A DNA stretch of 64,000 nucleotides. Source: Octopus sinensis (Eukaryota). Shown here one piece after another: positions 12,044-25,399 of the stretch. Where the stretch lies: positions 200,632,001 through 200,696,000 of the forward strand of contig NC_042998.1 of NCBI RefSeq assembly GCF_006345805.1. Direction: 5' to 3'. Position numbers and translations under genes: made by a program. The notes beneath the pieces were generated by a model. That model was not told the origin of the DNA, ran no database searches, and saw nothing but the letters and a program-made list of their open reading frames with translations. How positions within the stretch are numbered: the stretch's first letter is position 1; the number at the start of each line of letters is the position of its first letter.

Positions 12044-12534
12044 TGGTAATTTAAACATGAAACGCAAGATTCAGGATTACACAGAAGTATACCGATGTTT
12101 GAATGATGCAATTTGGGAATATGTGAGCCTTAGAGGAAAAATATACTTTACAGATTCATACCGTTAACATTCGACGAAGCACTTATAAATCAGTAAGGGG
12201 TACACCTTTAAATCGCAGCCTCAGAAAACGAAAACACCCGATGACATGATAATGTAGTTTAACTTATCAGTGCTAACTAGAAAGAACAAGTTCTTTTATT
12301 TATCTAATTCTTATTTATTTATTTATATCATTTGTATTTCTATAGTTTTCATCAGACTCATAGATTATAGATTAAAAATAGAATCTGATTATAGTCCGAT
12401 TTACTTTCTCATTTAATATTTTTCATATTGTCTATATCATAAGATATGATTAGCTATCAGAATAGAAGCTCATTATAAATTAATGTCGAATTGATTAGGA
12501 CAAAGTAGATGTGAAAGGCGATGTCAATGACAAC

Positions 12535-12632
12535 AAGACTGATGATGATAATGATAATAATACAAGTGATATTAATGATGATTGCGATGATGATGATGAT
12601 GATGTCGACGACGATAGCAATGATGATGATAG
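12535..12632. repeat. Degenerate (GAT)n microsatellite
   Basis: Direct reading. Confidence 0.85.
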
Positions 12633-14099
12633 TATACAATAAGTAATGTTGAAACTGGTAATAATCGTATTGTGTGGTACAAAGGAACGTAATACACACG
12701 TAATGTTGCACATGATGGTAAAGGAGAAACATGAGATTGTACAATATTTGTAAGGAACAACTAAGAAATAGCTAAACATAATCCCTCATGTCATAACTAT
12801 ATAATTTCATCTTGAATTAGTCAAGGCCACACATTTACTGATGGTTTATACCAGTGAATGCACTTCTTGAGCAAGTAATGCTTACCTAGATAATAATGGC
12901 CTTCAAACCATACATGAAAAAACATATTTCAAAACTCTTTCCAGCTACAACTACTAATCCTATTCAACATTTAGGAGAGATCGAAAAGAAAATAAAGTTC
13001 CCATATGTAAAGGTAATGCAGTGACTAAACGGAGTTAATTTCTTCTGTCGTATCAAAACAATACCAGCAACATTAAACATTCGTACAAACAAAAAAGCTA
13101 AAAAACAAAAACAAAATCAAAGTAAAATGTGATGTTACAATGATTTTTAAAAAAATTACCTGGAAAGAGTAACTTAGACCACAGGTGTGTAACGAAGGAT
13201 ATCTGAACAATGGAGATGAGTTAGAGTAAGAACAGTAATAAATGAGTGAAGAACGAATATATAGTGCGTGTGTTAATTTGGCAAAAAAAAAAAAAAAGAA
13301 TGATCCCGAAATACTACAATATCTGTTTCAACAACCCCAGTGAGTGATCTAACGGGAATAGAGTCCGAAATGCTACTGATTACATTGCTTTAATTTATCA
13401 AAATCCTATCAGCACACACGAATTTATTACGGAATATCACTGACATAATTGTTTTTCTTTTTGCTATAGACTGGTACTTGCTTTATTTTCATATGAAGGA
13501 TTTTCCCCGCCTATCTAAAATTCCTTAGAAGCAACTAAACGCTTCAGCTTGAAATATTTTCACATATGCTCTCAGAAAATAAGATTTTCTTTTTGGGTTC
13601 TGGACCTACGACAGAGATATTTGAATTTCAGTATATTTTTCGTGGCTCTTTTAATTTTACTGGTTGTAATCACGATGAAAACCGAAATACATAACACCAT
13701 CTGACTAACATATCATTACAATTGTATTTTTACTTTGTATATCATTAATTAATGATGTTACTTAATTATTTAATATCATGACAGCATAAGTCGATTGAAT
13801 GAACAAAATAGGCATAATTTGGGAGAAATGTAATTTTGTGATGATAATTACACTAATTATATTTACGTATAATGTCACATTAATTACCATAATATTCAAA
13901 TTTACTTTATTGCTCGTAAACAGATACGGCGAGGCAGATTGTTTAGCAGAATAATGTTGTTACATGTCTGTGATGCTGTATATTTCACAAACCTGTAGTT
14001 CCTGGATCGAAGCTTTCTGCAGCAAGTGTTTCCTTATAGAACTTTGATTTAAACGATTCATACGATGCAAGTCGAAATAATATATTTGTTGAATCGTTA

Positions 14100-14291
14100 G
14101 CCTCTACACGCATTTTTTTTCTCTCCTTGTTTCTCTCCTTGTTTCTTTTCTGTGTATCTTTCTGTCGAAGAGCGTAGGCTCGAAACGTAAAAGACTTGTT
14201 TTATTTCTATTCCTGAACGCCATACTAATACATTATTTGTTTGTACTCTACCTGCCTTCGTCTTTTGGTTTAGTTTCATAAACCTTCCCGT
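14100..14291 (+). mobile_element. Short hammerhead-bearing Penelope-type module (family H2) ending in (TA)n
   Basis: Related to 28242-28356; contains the motif at 14157-14194; followed by (TA)n at 14292-14398. Confidence 0.7.
14157..14194 (+). ncRNA. Minimal type I hammerhead ribozyme-like motif (A6->U variant)
   Basis: UCUUU / CUGUCGA-A / GAGC-GUAG-GCUC / GAAAC-GUA ^ AAAGA: 5-bp stem I, 4-bp stem II, palindromic ACGU stem III. Confidence 0.65.
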
Positions 14292-14307
14292 TATATATAT
14301 ATAATTA

Positions 14308-14377
<70 letters not shown>

Positions 14378-14768
14378 TATATACTATATATATATATGTA
14401 TTAGCGACATGCAGTGTTAATACTGTGGGATAAAGTTTATCCCACTTAAACGAAGAATTTCTGTTAGAAGAAATTGCATTGTGGCAGATAATGTTACAAA
14501 CACCCATTATAAGTATTAGGCACAAAATGTAAAATCTGCAAAATCCCCGCCATCCCCAGCGCCGTGAGCATTTTAAAATAGAGGTCATTATGAGAGTTTC
14601 TCTGAGGGTATCTACCGCAGTACACTTTGGTCTACCAGAGCAACCAACTTTAAATGGGGATAAATGCAAGTCGACTTTTGCAGATGAACATCCTGCGGAA
14701 AATTGCCCCATAATTATTTGTGCGGGTATGTTTAACCATCCAAGTGTAAGGTACAATATATGGTATCA

Positions 14769-15000
14769 GGGCGGCGAGCTGGCAGAAACGTTAGCACGCC
14801 GGGCGAAATGCGTAGCCGTATTACGTCTGTCGTTACATTCTGAGTTCAAATTCCGCCGAGGTCGACTTTGCCTTTCATCCATTCGGGGTCGATAAATTAA
14901 GTACCAGTTTCGCACTGGGGTCGATGTAATCGACTTAATCCCTTTGTCTGTCTTTGTTTGTCCCTTCTATGTTTAGCCCCTTGTGGGTAGTAAAGAAATA
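14769..15000 (+). mobile_element. SINE family A, full length
   Basis: Complete head, core and tail matching the other copies. Confidence 0.95.
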
Positions 15001-15110
15001 TATATGGTATCCCGAGAAAATGATAGTTTAGATTGTGTGTTACGACTATGTTGTATCTACATCTCAATGCCTCTCCTGGCTTCACTTATCAACCAGGAAC
15101 TGGGGCGTTT

Positions 15111-15315
15111 GGAAATTTCGAACTTGGGTTCTCATTCCTAATTAGGAATGATAACCCAGTTTCGAAATTTCCCCAAGGCACCTGAAGAGGCTGGAGTGTA
15201 TATCAGCCGAAACATGTTAACAACAAACAATATGAGGACAAATATCCGTCGAATGTATATAATATAAATAATGTAAATAATGTACATAATTCCTCATCTC
15301 TTAAATATAGAACTG
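15111..15315 (+). mobile_element. Family H1 module with a 62-bp palindromic 5' junction
   Basis: 15111-15141 is the reverse complement of 15142-15172 (28/31); then the hammerhead core and the same TATAGAACTG terminus as at 7691. Confidence 0.8.
15176..15220 (+). ncRNA. Minimal hammerhead ribozyme-like motif with canonical core
   Basis: CUGAAGA (15182-15188), GGCUG/CAGCC stem II, GAAAC (15209-15213). The stem I 3' strand looks eroded in this copy. Confidence 0.68.
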
Positions 15316-16687
15316 AACTATTAAACTAATTAACGTGAATAATCTACTGCGGTATATAATTATTTACTAATACATTCAAATAATTGGAAACAACAACTCA
15401 TGCAGACAAATTTCCAAATTGGTAGAATCATATAACTGATATCTCTATGGTTAATATTTTCAGTGAATTTAGTCCGCACATGAATGTGCTGACAGCACAT
15501 TTATACTATACCGCTGAAATTTATGGTAATGAAAATGTGAAAGATATGTAATAATATTTCAATTAATCTTTCAATTATATGCGCCTGAATGCCACAATAA
15601 GTAGAATTTCGAATGCATGTTAGCGGTTAGCTACGTCTCTCTACAATCAATGTTTAAATATTTTCGGGATTAATTTTGCATTTTAGCCTCAGAAATGGGT
15701 AGATAATAATTTCGTATAAAGGCACAGGGCCTCGGCTGAATTGAAATCGGAACATAACGACTCAAAACAAATAATGTATGGGCATGTGACTAAATCCGAA
15801 ACGTTTCAACCCAGACACTGCCCGTGGAATCGATAAAAAATGCCAGTTATTTGTAGTGCTCTATCAATAAACGAAACAATAACTTCGGCCTTCAGCATTT
15901 GTTAGAAATCAATATCAATCCTTTGATTCTAACAGAAAATATCCATATATTTCATACCTGTAACATTTATTTAAATCTGTTGGCTATCTATAATTCGAAG
16001 TGAAAATGAATTGCAGTTAAAATAATTATGGTAAACAGAAATAAGAAAAATATTTGAAATTCACTCTCCATATCCCACTTAAATATCATATTTTGTAAAC
16101 ACTGTTTTGGGCACAGAACCAGATTTGGGGATTGTTTTGACAACGTCATAATATTCCTTTAGCCGTATTCCTACACTCATAAAAAATTCATGGCAGAAAC
16201 CATCTCCTATAATAACAAAACTGACAGGTGGAGTATTCTTACTATCTATTTGTGCAAACTCGCAATGAAATATTTATTAGAAATATCTCTAGATAATAAA
16301 CTATATATGCATTTTGAGTTCTCTAGGCACCCGGACGAATATACTATAAAACACAAGTTGAATAAAGCGAACTGAGAGTTATACAGTATATAAAATATTC
16401 TCTGAAGTGTATGCAGTGTATTGCGCTTGTGCTTTGAATCAAATCCCTTTTATCTTTTGGCTTGTATTTCACAAGAAATATACTACCTCCCAGTAATGCA
16501 ACATTAGTCGTAATTCCATAGATATACATCTCAGAGAAGAAAAAATGAAATCATGAAAACAAACCAATATTATGAGAAGCAAAAATAAAAAAAAATAATT
16601 ATATATGCTTCATAAATTAAAATAGAAAAATTCAAGAGCTACACTGTATCTAACTATTAAAGTCTATCTATAGAGCTGATTCATATA

Positions 16688-17979
16688 CGAGGGACGTTCA
16701 ATAAGTAATGCCTCTGACCCACTTCAATAAGTAATGCCTCTAGCTGAAATTTTGCATGCGCAATCATGTATAGCTCTATAGAGTAAGAGGCAAATTACAG
16801 CTCTGAATTAATTGTGGTTTCTGATTTACAGGTGTTTGAACCGAGTCAAGTGTGAAATGGAGCCTGTTCAGTGTCGAGCAGTGATCCGGTTTTTGTATTT
16901 GAAAGGACGCACACCACGGGAGACTTTTGATGAATGAAAGTAACTTATGGTGATGCATGCCCCATCATATGACCTTGTAAAACGCTGGCACATCGTGAAT
17001 TCAAACATGGTCGGAACTCTGTGGAAACTGCTCCCAGATCTGGTCGCCCCCTTCTGCCATTGATGAGGCATCTGTCCGTCAAGTTGAGGCTGCCATTTGG
17101 AAGATCGACGCATAATTATTCGCCAAATAGCCCATGAGGTCAAGATTAGTACCGGGTCTGTGGAAACTATCTTTCATGACCATTTGCATATGCAAAAGGT
17201 GTCTACCAGATGGATTCCCAGGTTGCTCACGCCTTTCCAGAAGAAAGAACGCGTCGAGTGCTCGAGGGTGAATTTGGAGATGTGCCAAGAAGATGAGTCA
17301 AAATACTTCAAAAGACTGATTACACAGGATGAAACCTGGGTCCATCACGATGATCCAGAGACCAAAGCCCAGTCAATGCAGTGGAAGCACCGTGACTCAC
17401 CCCCTCCAAAGAAGGCAAGGGTGCAGCCCTCCGCTGGCAAGGTCATGCTCACAGTCTTCTGGGACCAGGACGGAGTAGTGATGACAGATTTCCTGGCAAA
17501 GGGTACCACAATTGCAGGACCCTATTATGCTTCACTTTTGAGGAAATTAAGAGAAGTTATCAAAATCAAGAGGCGGGGGCAAGATCAGCAAAGGCATCCT
17601 CCTCCTGCAAGACAACGCTCCGGTCCACAACTCGCTTGTCGCCAGATCAGAAGCACAGGCGTATGGCTATGAACTCCTCCCCATCTCCCCTACTTTCCTG
17701 ACCTTGCACCCTCTGATTTTCACCTCTTCCCATCATGAAGTTGTTTTGAAAGGAAAGCGTTTCCCAGATGATGCAGCCTTGATTTCTGAAGTCACGTTGA
17801 GGTTGGAGGACCAAGCTGGGTTCTTCTACAAAACCGGTCTCCAGAGCCGCATCAAACGATGGGAGAAATGCGTAACTCTGGGTGGTTCCTATGTAGAAAA
17901 GACTAATAACTGTGCCAAGTTTCGTTGCTCTACTGCTATGGGAAGTGGGTCAGGGGCATTACTTATTGAACGCCCCTCG
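16688..17979 (+). mobile_element. Full-length mariner transposon (1292 bp), inactive
   Basis: 38-bp TIRs CGAGGG(A/G)CGTTCAATAAGTAATGCC(T/C)CTGACCCACTTC with 2 mismatches; TA TSD at 16686-16687 and 17980-17981. A TIR start of CGAGGG is irritans-subfamily-like (from recall). Confidence 0.97.
16857..17907 (+). pseudogene. Mariner DD34D transposase pseudogene
   Basis: MEPVQCRAVIRFLYLKGR..; WIPRLL; ITQDETWVHHDDPE; LLQDNAPVH; YFPDLAPSDFHLF. D-D spacing is 34 after restoring one C near 17680. About five frameshifts. Confidence 0.95.
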
Positions 17980-18299
17980 TACCGTAATTTCATTGACATG
18001 GTACAAAATTTGCGAAAATTCCAGATTGTAAATAGTTCGACTTAAGTTAATATCAGTAGATTTTTAACATTTAAATTGCAATTGTGCCACTGTCAATGTA
18101 TATACAAAATGTCTTTGCATATGCAATGTATATGCAAAGTTGAAAACAAACTTGGTTCGCGTTTTTACAATGAGCATTTTAAAGGTACTTTCTCAATACT
18201 TAGGAAAATATATGTATTAATTTTTTCATTCTATCGTCTTTTCTTCTTCTTTTGGAAAATCACATAATGGTTCTGTTCGTATCGGTTGTATCCTTTCAA

Positions 18300-19345
18300 A
18301 TTGAGTTTAGATCAGACTCGTATCAGATATTGCATGCACTGAGAATTCAAACAAGGGCTCTTCAGGAATCGAAGCGGTAAGGAGTGTTCCTTCTCCCTAT
18401 GGGAATGTTTCCTTAAACTCTTCAGTTATACCAACTTGTTCGGCCAGCTTTGCACGGCAAATTTTTGTCTGTCTGATTTCTCTCGATCTGAACGGTAAAG
18501 TTAAGTTTAAATTCGGCTTCTAAAACATAATAGAGGACCAACCAAAGCAGCAGGAGGATTTGCAAAACAGTTCAGTTTCAGTGACACTTCGATCATAAAG
18601 CACTTTCATGAACTAGGAAAAGTCTCTAAATGGGTCTTCAGCCATGGGTTCTTAATATGCTACTCCGCTTAATCAAAATATTCTCCTCAGCACGTCATTG
18701 AATAATGGGTTTGTTACCACAACTTTTCTGGATAGGATCCTCGCAAGTGATGCAAAGTGGGTTCTCATAATCACAATCAACGAAACGAAACTGTTCGAAC
18801 TCAGTACAAACTACACCCGTAAAAACTATTCTTTGTATTTAGCGAGATATGAAGAGTATCGTCTATCATGAAGTGTTAATCCAAAACGAAACAGTTTAAG
18901 CGGAGATTAATTGACGTTAGTTGAAAGAACTGCATAAATACTTACTGAACGCTCTCATCCATCATTGGTTAATGGTAAAGCGGCGTTGCTTTACGGGAAG
19001 ATGCGTGGCCACATTGCCCGAGTCACTCAAAGATTATGTTAGTAAATATAGAAGTTTTATCTGTTCCTCCTTACTGTCATCGCCTTGATCCATTTGATTA
19101 TCACATTTTCTGGTCATTGAAATATTATGTAGCAGGAACAGAGTTTATTAAATGCTAAAAAGGTTAAATTTATTGTGAGTGTTTATTGATTGTTCTTTGC
19201 TTTGAATCACAATTTTACGCCTGAGAGATCAATAATTTGCCAACTACAAATGAGGAGGCGAAATACTATATGGCCTTAATATATCAATTTGAATAAAAGA
19301 CGCACATGTTTCTTTATTATCATGAAATTCTTCTTTCCAACCTAA
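18300..19345 (+). mobile_element. Highly decayed mariner (different subfamily)
   Basis: KHFHELGKVSKW; SDAKWVL; PPYCHRLDPFDYHIFWSLK; right end TTCCAACCTAA followed by TA (19346-19347). Left TIR not found. Confidence 0.68.
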
Positions 19346-19688
19346 TATTTAGCCATCCACACTCATACTCTCACTTCGTGAATCATATGCAACTTAAATC
19401 TTGAAACATTCTACAAAGTAAAATATAAGCTTTTCCCTTTATGATTAAAAACAATTTCGGCTCATGATCAGTAATCAATACTTCACACCTTATTAAGCAT
19501 AGTTGTAATCCATAGAGTACTGTCTCTTATTTGAAATGGAGTCTTTGCTCCAACACCATTCAATATTGTATTACAAAATATGAAAATCATTTTGATTAGT
19601 AATGTTAACATAATACTACGGCAGAAATATTTTGTTCATATTTACACTTTTCTTCCTTATATATACCCACCATATTACAAACTGCCGT

Positions 19689-20065
19689 AAGGCGACGAGC
19701 TGGCAGAATCATTAGCACGCCGGGCAGAGTGATTAGCGGTAGTTCGTCTCTCTTTACGTTTGTTATGTCGCACGTTCGGATGGCCTCTACTCGACTCTCA
19801 ATGCTACTCTACTCTGTTCTAGTCTGCTGTGCTACTACTACTCTCTCACCAATACTGTCCCGACGTCTAGATTTCTCCCTCTATTTCTACGTATTGTGCA
19901 AGCCTACTTCGTCGTCTGGAGACGTCCACAGAACTACGTTCTGTGTTCGACTTCTGTCGGGGTCGACTTTGCCTTTCATCTCTTCAGGGTCGATAAAACA
20001 AGTACCTGTTCAGCACTGCAATCGAACCTACCTCGAACTTGTTGACCTTGTGCCAGTTTCTCACT
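19689..20065 (+). mobile_element. Old SINE family A copy carrying a 174-bp insertion (19761-19934)
   Basis: Head and core are split; TACGTT is duplicated at 19755-19760 and 19935-19940. Confidence 0.8.
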
Positions 20066-23000
20066 TCTAGAATCTCGAAATATGCATTCGTACATTTCTT
20101 CTCCCTCGAGATAATATCCTCTGTAATATTTTCTACTTCTTCTAACAAGCACTGAAATGCAGAATTATAAATTTTTATTTTAACTGCTACAAACTTACTG
20201 ATATTGGAGAACCATAAAAAAAAACTACTCTCGCGAAACTAAAGTTCATGTTTGATAGCAACAATCACCACTCCAAAAGACATACCAATACTTATTCCTT
20301 CATATCGAAAGACTTAAGTGGTTGATTTGATTTTAAATCTAACTATGTGCCTTACTGCTTTAGGAAGACAACGGATCCCCTTTTTGAATCGGTACCATCA
20401 TTATACGTGTTTTATGTTTAATAATTCTGGTGTAATTCTATGCAAAATATCAATCGTTGAAAGCAACCTCGTTACAGTTCCTTGTATTTGTTCGTTTCTA
20501 TTGAAGCTTCAACCGACAGCATGGCATTTATACATCTGATAATTAATGATTTCTGAAATAAAAAAAAATATGATGATACTGAACATTCATTGTAAACCCA
20601 AAATATGGATTTCCCTGTCATTTTAAGGATTAAGGCCTATAACTGATTGAATGTATTACAGAATATTATCGAAACGTATTTTATTGATACAAATTGGAGA
20701 GATGGAAAAATCGAGTAGAGTAGGCTTTAAAAATAGAGTTGTGCGCGGACGAAACGAAACAGTAAAGAACCTTGCATGTCCATTCGTTCTTGTGTATAAT
20801 ATGGTGATGGTAATTAGCAGTGAGACTTTTATGCATTTTGTGTCAAGAATGCAAAATTTAGATAGATCTTAATTATTTCACATCTTTATTCAACTCACTT
20901 GTTCATAGGTAATTCACTCCAAAAGAGGATCAATGTTTTCGTTCGCTTTATTTTTCCCATTAAAATTCTATTAAATTGTACAAACGTCGTTCTTGCCTGC
21001 AAGGCAAACTTTCCGATTAGTTTATTGCCTATACAACGGCCAAAAGGTAGATCTATATTTTCATCAAGGAATGATGATTATCTACTCAGGTAAATCGTTG
21101 TAAGAAAAAAAATATGTGGCAGAATTATAGTATTTCGTTTTAAACCAAACGTGAATACTGCCATTATGTTGTCATCAAAAGAGGTGATGAGTGACTGCAT
21201 CAGGTCTGAGGCGAAGTCTTTCTTGTCAGTAGTTTAGAAGATTTCACATGAGACTCCTACTGTTGTACCTGAAATTTTGAGAGGTTCTTGTTTTCTCGGC
21301 CGTGTTATATTGGATCTATATCGAAATTAATTCGTTGTAGCCGTCAGCGTTGATGCATCTTGCTACAGACGGGCAAGGCGGCAGCAGTGACAATTGTCTG
21401 TTAATTTACATTCATTTCAAATACATATATTATAGCTTAGTGAAGAGGAAGAGAGGTAGACATAACTCTTTTCAGAGTCACCAAATTTGATGGGTTCAAA
21501 GGAGGAAGGTACTATCGAGCGGAACATTTGAACTGGCTATTTGAATATGCATTCCACCAAAGCAACCACGGAAACTGTGGATAGTGTTAACGTTAACAGA
21601 TTAGACCTACCACAATAAAACAGGTAACTCACTGTTTCCAAATAATATTACAAACATACCTTCTGTTAACTTATTCAAGAGCCTGTAATTGGAGAACGAA
21701 ACCAAAAGCTCGTAGTTGCGAATCGAACTTCATAAATACACAGCAATGCAAACGTTCATGATATGTGCAACTGCAATGTGTATACGATAGAATTTTATGT
21801 GCTCCTCTCTTTTTCTAACAGAATAGAAATGAACAGAAAATAGACAATACCTCTCTGTAGTTATGTTCATTAATTCAGAAATTTATATTTACATCAAAAG
21901 TTAGAAACTGTAGAAATCATGCAACTGTTTTCAAATCATTGATTTGTTACACATAAAAAATTGAAAATAAAGCTCATAATGCCGCCTTTCCAGCCATTTA
22001 AAATTTAAGATAGGTCTTCCCCTTTAAAATATATAGGCCTGACTTATTTATTCCGCATAATTCTTCAAATGCCATTTCTAAATACGTAGTACATATCTAG
22101 TAATAGCAAGATAAAAAATACGTATCTTATTGTGGTAAAAACCATAAGAGTGCATAGGTGTTCTTTACAAATATTCCTTGTATATGCTATGATTATATTA
22201 AGGTTGGTTAGATTCGATAGTGTAAACGGGTTTTATTAATGTAGTCCTTCATTTGACTCTGCTGTGTGTTTGCTCCACGGAGAGGGTGGATTATCTATTA
22301 GGGCATGTCATATTACTCAGTCCTTCGTTTGAATTAAAATATTCTGTGTGACATCATGTTATATAACTGGAACAATGCCAGCTGGCTGTTGAAATGCTGA
22401 CGTTTTCGATGGCAAAGATAGAGAGTGAAATGGCGTCTAAGAGTAATGAAATAGCTTGCTGTTAACATGATAGAAATCTACGAAAATTCTATAATGTTGA
22501 AGTTAATGACGAAAATGTATGTGCACAATAAACACCTTTGATAATTCAATTTCTTATCTGTCAAATATCTTATAGTAGAGTTATAGGCATTAAAATATAT
22601 TCATTATTCACATTTGTTGATCAAAGTGGTACATTAGCAAGTATTTCTAGTTAACATGCGCCTGCTTGTTTGATAAAATACTGTTTACTAGAGTTGTGTA
22701 ATCTTCTTATCATACCGATATTCCTCAAATCACATTAATATCGCTGACTGAGTTCACCTATAATAAATATATTTTAAAATTAGCAAGCGAAGGGAATTAT
22801 ACGGCGTCATTGAGCTTGCTAAAACATCCGTTGAATATTCTTTTAAGTAGTGTGTTTTAAAAATACAATACATTATGTAATCTAGTTCTCGATACACTAT
22901 AACCGAGCATAATAATCTATGATAGTTATGGCTAAAATGCCGTTGAAAATGGCTACCCGATTCCGGAAAAACGTGGTTATAAGATGGGAAAACACAAACA

Positions 23001-23194
23001 ATTCAAATTTCTGCTATCTAAAAGTAGGCAGTTTAAAAATATTTCCATCAGCTTAAATATATTTCTATCTGCCAATGTACTCAAAATGGCTGTTTGATCA
23101 AGCAAAAATTTGGCTCTTAGTATTTACTGATGTTGACCGTCAATAATTTCCTAGGTTACTAACACTACATTGTAATAAATATTTCTATTAAAAG

Positions 23195-23575
23195 CATATG
23201 GGCCGAAACTTGGGGAAGAAGGACTAGTCGATTACATCGACTCCAGTGTTTCACCGGTACGTATGTATGTACACCGAAATGATAAAAGGCAAAGTCGACC
23301 TCGGTGGAATTTGTACTCGGAACGTCACGACTGAAGAAATACCTATTTCTTTTACTACCCACAGGGGCTAAATCCAGAGAGGACAAACACGGATAGACAA
23401 ACGGATTAAGTCGATTATATCGACTCCAGTGCGTAACTGGTACTTATTTAATCGACCCCGAAAGGATGAAAGGCAAAGTCGACCTCGGCGGAATTTGAAC
23501 TTAGAACGTAAAGGCAGACGAAATACCGCTAAGCATTTCGCCCGATGCGCTAACAATTCTGCCGGCTCACCGCCT
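23195..23575 (-). mobile_element. SINE family A composite (young unit 23344-23575 plus older headless unit)
   Basis: Junction AAAGAAATA|GGTATTTC at 23344/23343; the second unit ends in an alternative tail. Confidence 0.88.
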
Positions 23576-25336
23576 TGTTCCATTATAATAATCAGACCAA
23601 ATATATTTGGACAGAGAATGAAGGGTATGACGCTTTACAGGGTATCTGAGATAGATAGGAAGAAGAGAGGAAGGTAATTTCAAAAAGGAGAACATGCGCG
23701 AATGTCTACAACAAAATGCATTTCGGTAAATATGCCATGACATTGTCTTTGAGGAAGATGAATTATACGTGTCTTTATGTCAGAGATAAATTCCGCATGC
23801 ATGGATTGTATACACGTTTATGCTATTCTGTGCAACGTAGTTATATTCTCTGACATATATATATTATATATATATGTATATATGTGTGTGTATGTGTGTG
23901 TGTTTGCGTGTGTGATTGTGTGTATATGTGCATGTGTCTGTATGAGTGTGTGTTTTGTATATCGTAATACTATATTTGATACCGGTATTTTATTACAGGC
24001 AAACATATCGATAGTTTTTATGATATACATATCATATCTGCAATAGATTTACAATATCGATATTTTTTTTTAAAATCGATACCGCAAACAATTAGTTTCA
24101 GGAAAAAGGCTCGTACTACATATATAGTATCTTTGAGAATTGAAATCAAAATCGTACCACTAAAGATTGAAGACGATTGGAATTAACCATTCCTCAAGAA
24201 AATACTCCGTATGTATATTGATAAAAGAAAAAGTCAGTATGTTTAGGCGAGAATTATTTAATCAATAATTTTACTTTACGATTTTTAGTAAGAATGAATA
24301 TTTAGATTAAAAGTGCAGAGACGGAAATGTAATAACACTTAACATCACATTACAGCTACTTTCAGACAGCACCGAACCTAATTGCTCCGAAAAATTAAAA
24401 TACTGACTGCTAGATCTAGGTGGTAAGACATTATATACTGAGCTCACATAGCGCCTGAAACCACCTGTTCGAGCTACTTAAATTAGCAATCAAATGATAC
24501 TTTATCCTACTCAGCTCCCTCAAGAACTAGCACAACATTGTAAGTTTCTATGTACTACAAGGCCTTATGTTTACATCAGGAAGCCTTTGAATGTAAGCAC
24601 TACAATAAGCAGTGTTGTGGTGCGGAATACCAGCAAAAGCCGTAGTTAAATACGTATGTGTAAATCGCTGTAGCAATTTATATTATATGTGGGTGCGTGT
24701 TAATATATATCTTAGTGTTTGTGTTTGTGTGTCTGTGTGTACAGTACTGTAGCAAAAGCACCTCCACAAGACTATCTATGAAGCTGAACATCATCGATAT
24801 TGGATACCATAGAGAACATCCACCAAAAAGCTAACTGTATCCATCAGAGTATTAAGGTAACAAAAGAATACTCTATTTAACAGCCCAACAACAGAATATC
24901 TGTTTTAGACACTGAATTCTGCTGGAAATAACGAATACCAAAGTCTAAATTCTCCATTCGCAATATGCCAAACCCATCGAATACAAGTTGCTCATCCACA
25001 AGAACGCAGCTGTTGCTGATAATATCATGACCAATATCCATGTAGAGGACTTGATCAAAGTGATGAGAAATGTTTCCCGCATGTACGACCGAAACAAAAG
25101 GTAGATTAAAAAAAAGAGAAAGACTCCGATATAGTGTTATACACAAAATCAGACACGCGGATACAAGACACACATCTACGTACCAAACAGATAAATACAA
25201 ACACAGACATGGACACAAACACATGTAGAGTTATGGATACATGCTACAGAGAGACAAGATGGATCAGACAGGGCAGCACTAGGGAGAAGAATGATACGAA
25301 GAAAAAGATTGGACGAAAGAAGTTTGAGAAATGAAT

Positions 25337-25346
25337 TAATAATAAC

Positions 25347-25399
<53 letters not shown>

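Noticed and set aside
14590-14895. ORFs ending in GGELAETLARRAKC.. or RQASFSFRLPNPL.. peptides (several loci)
   Set aside because: Recurrent peptides are read-through into SINE A or B sequence, not a gene family.
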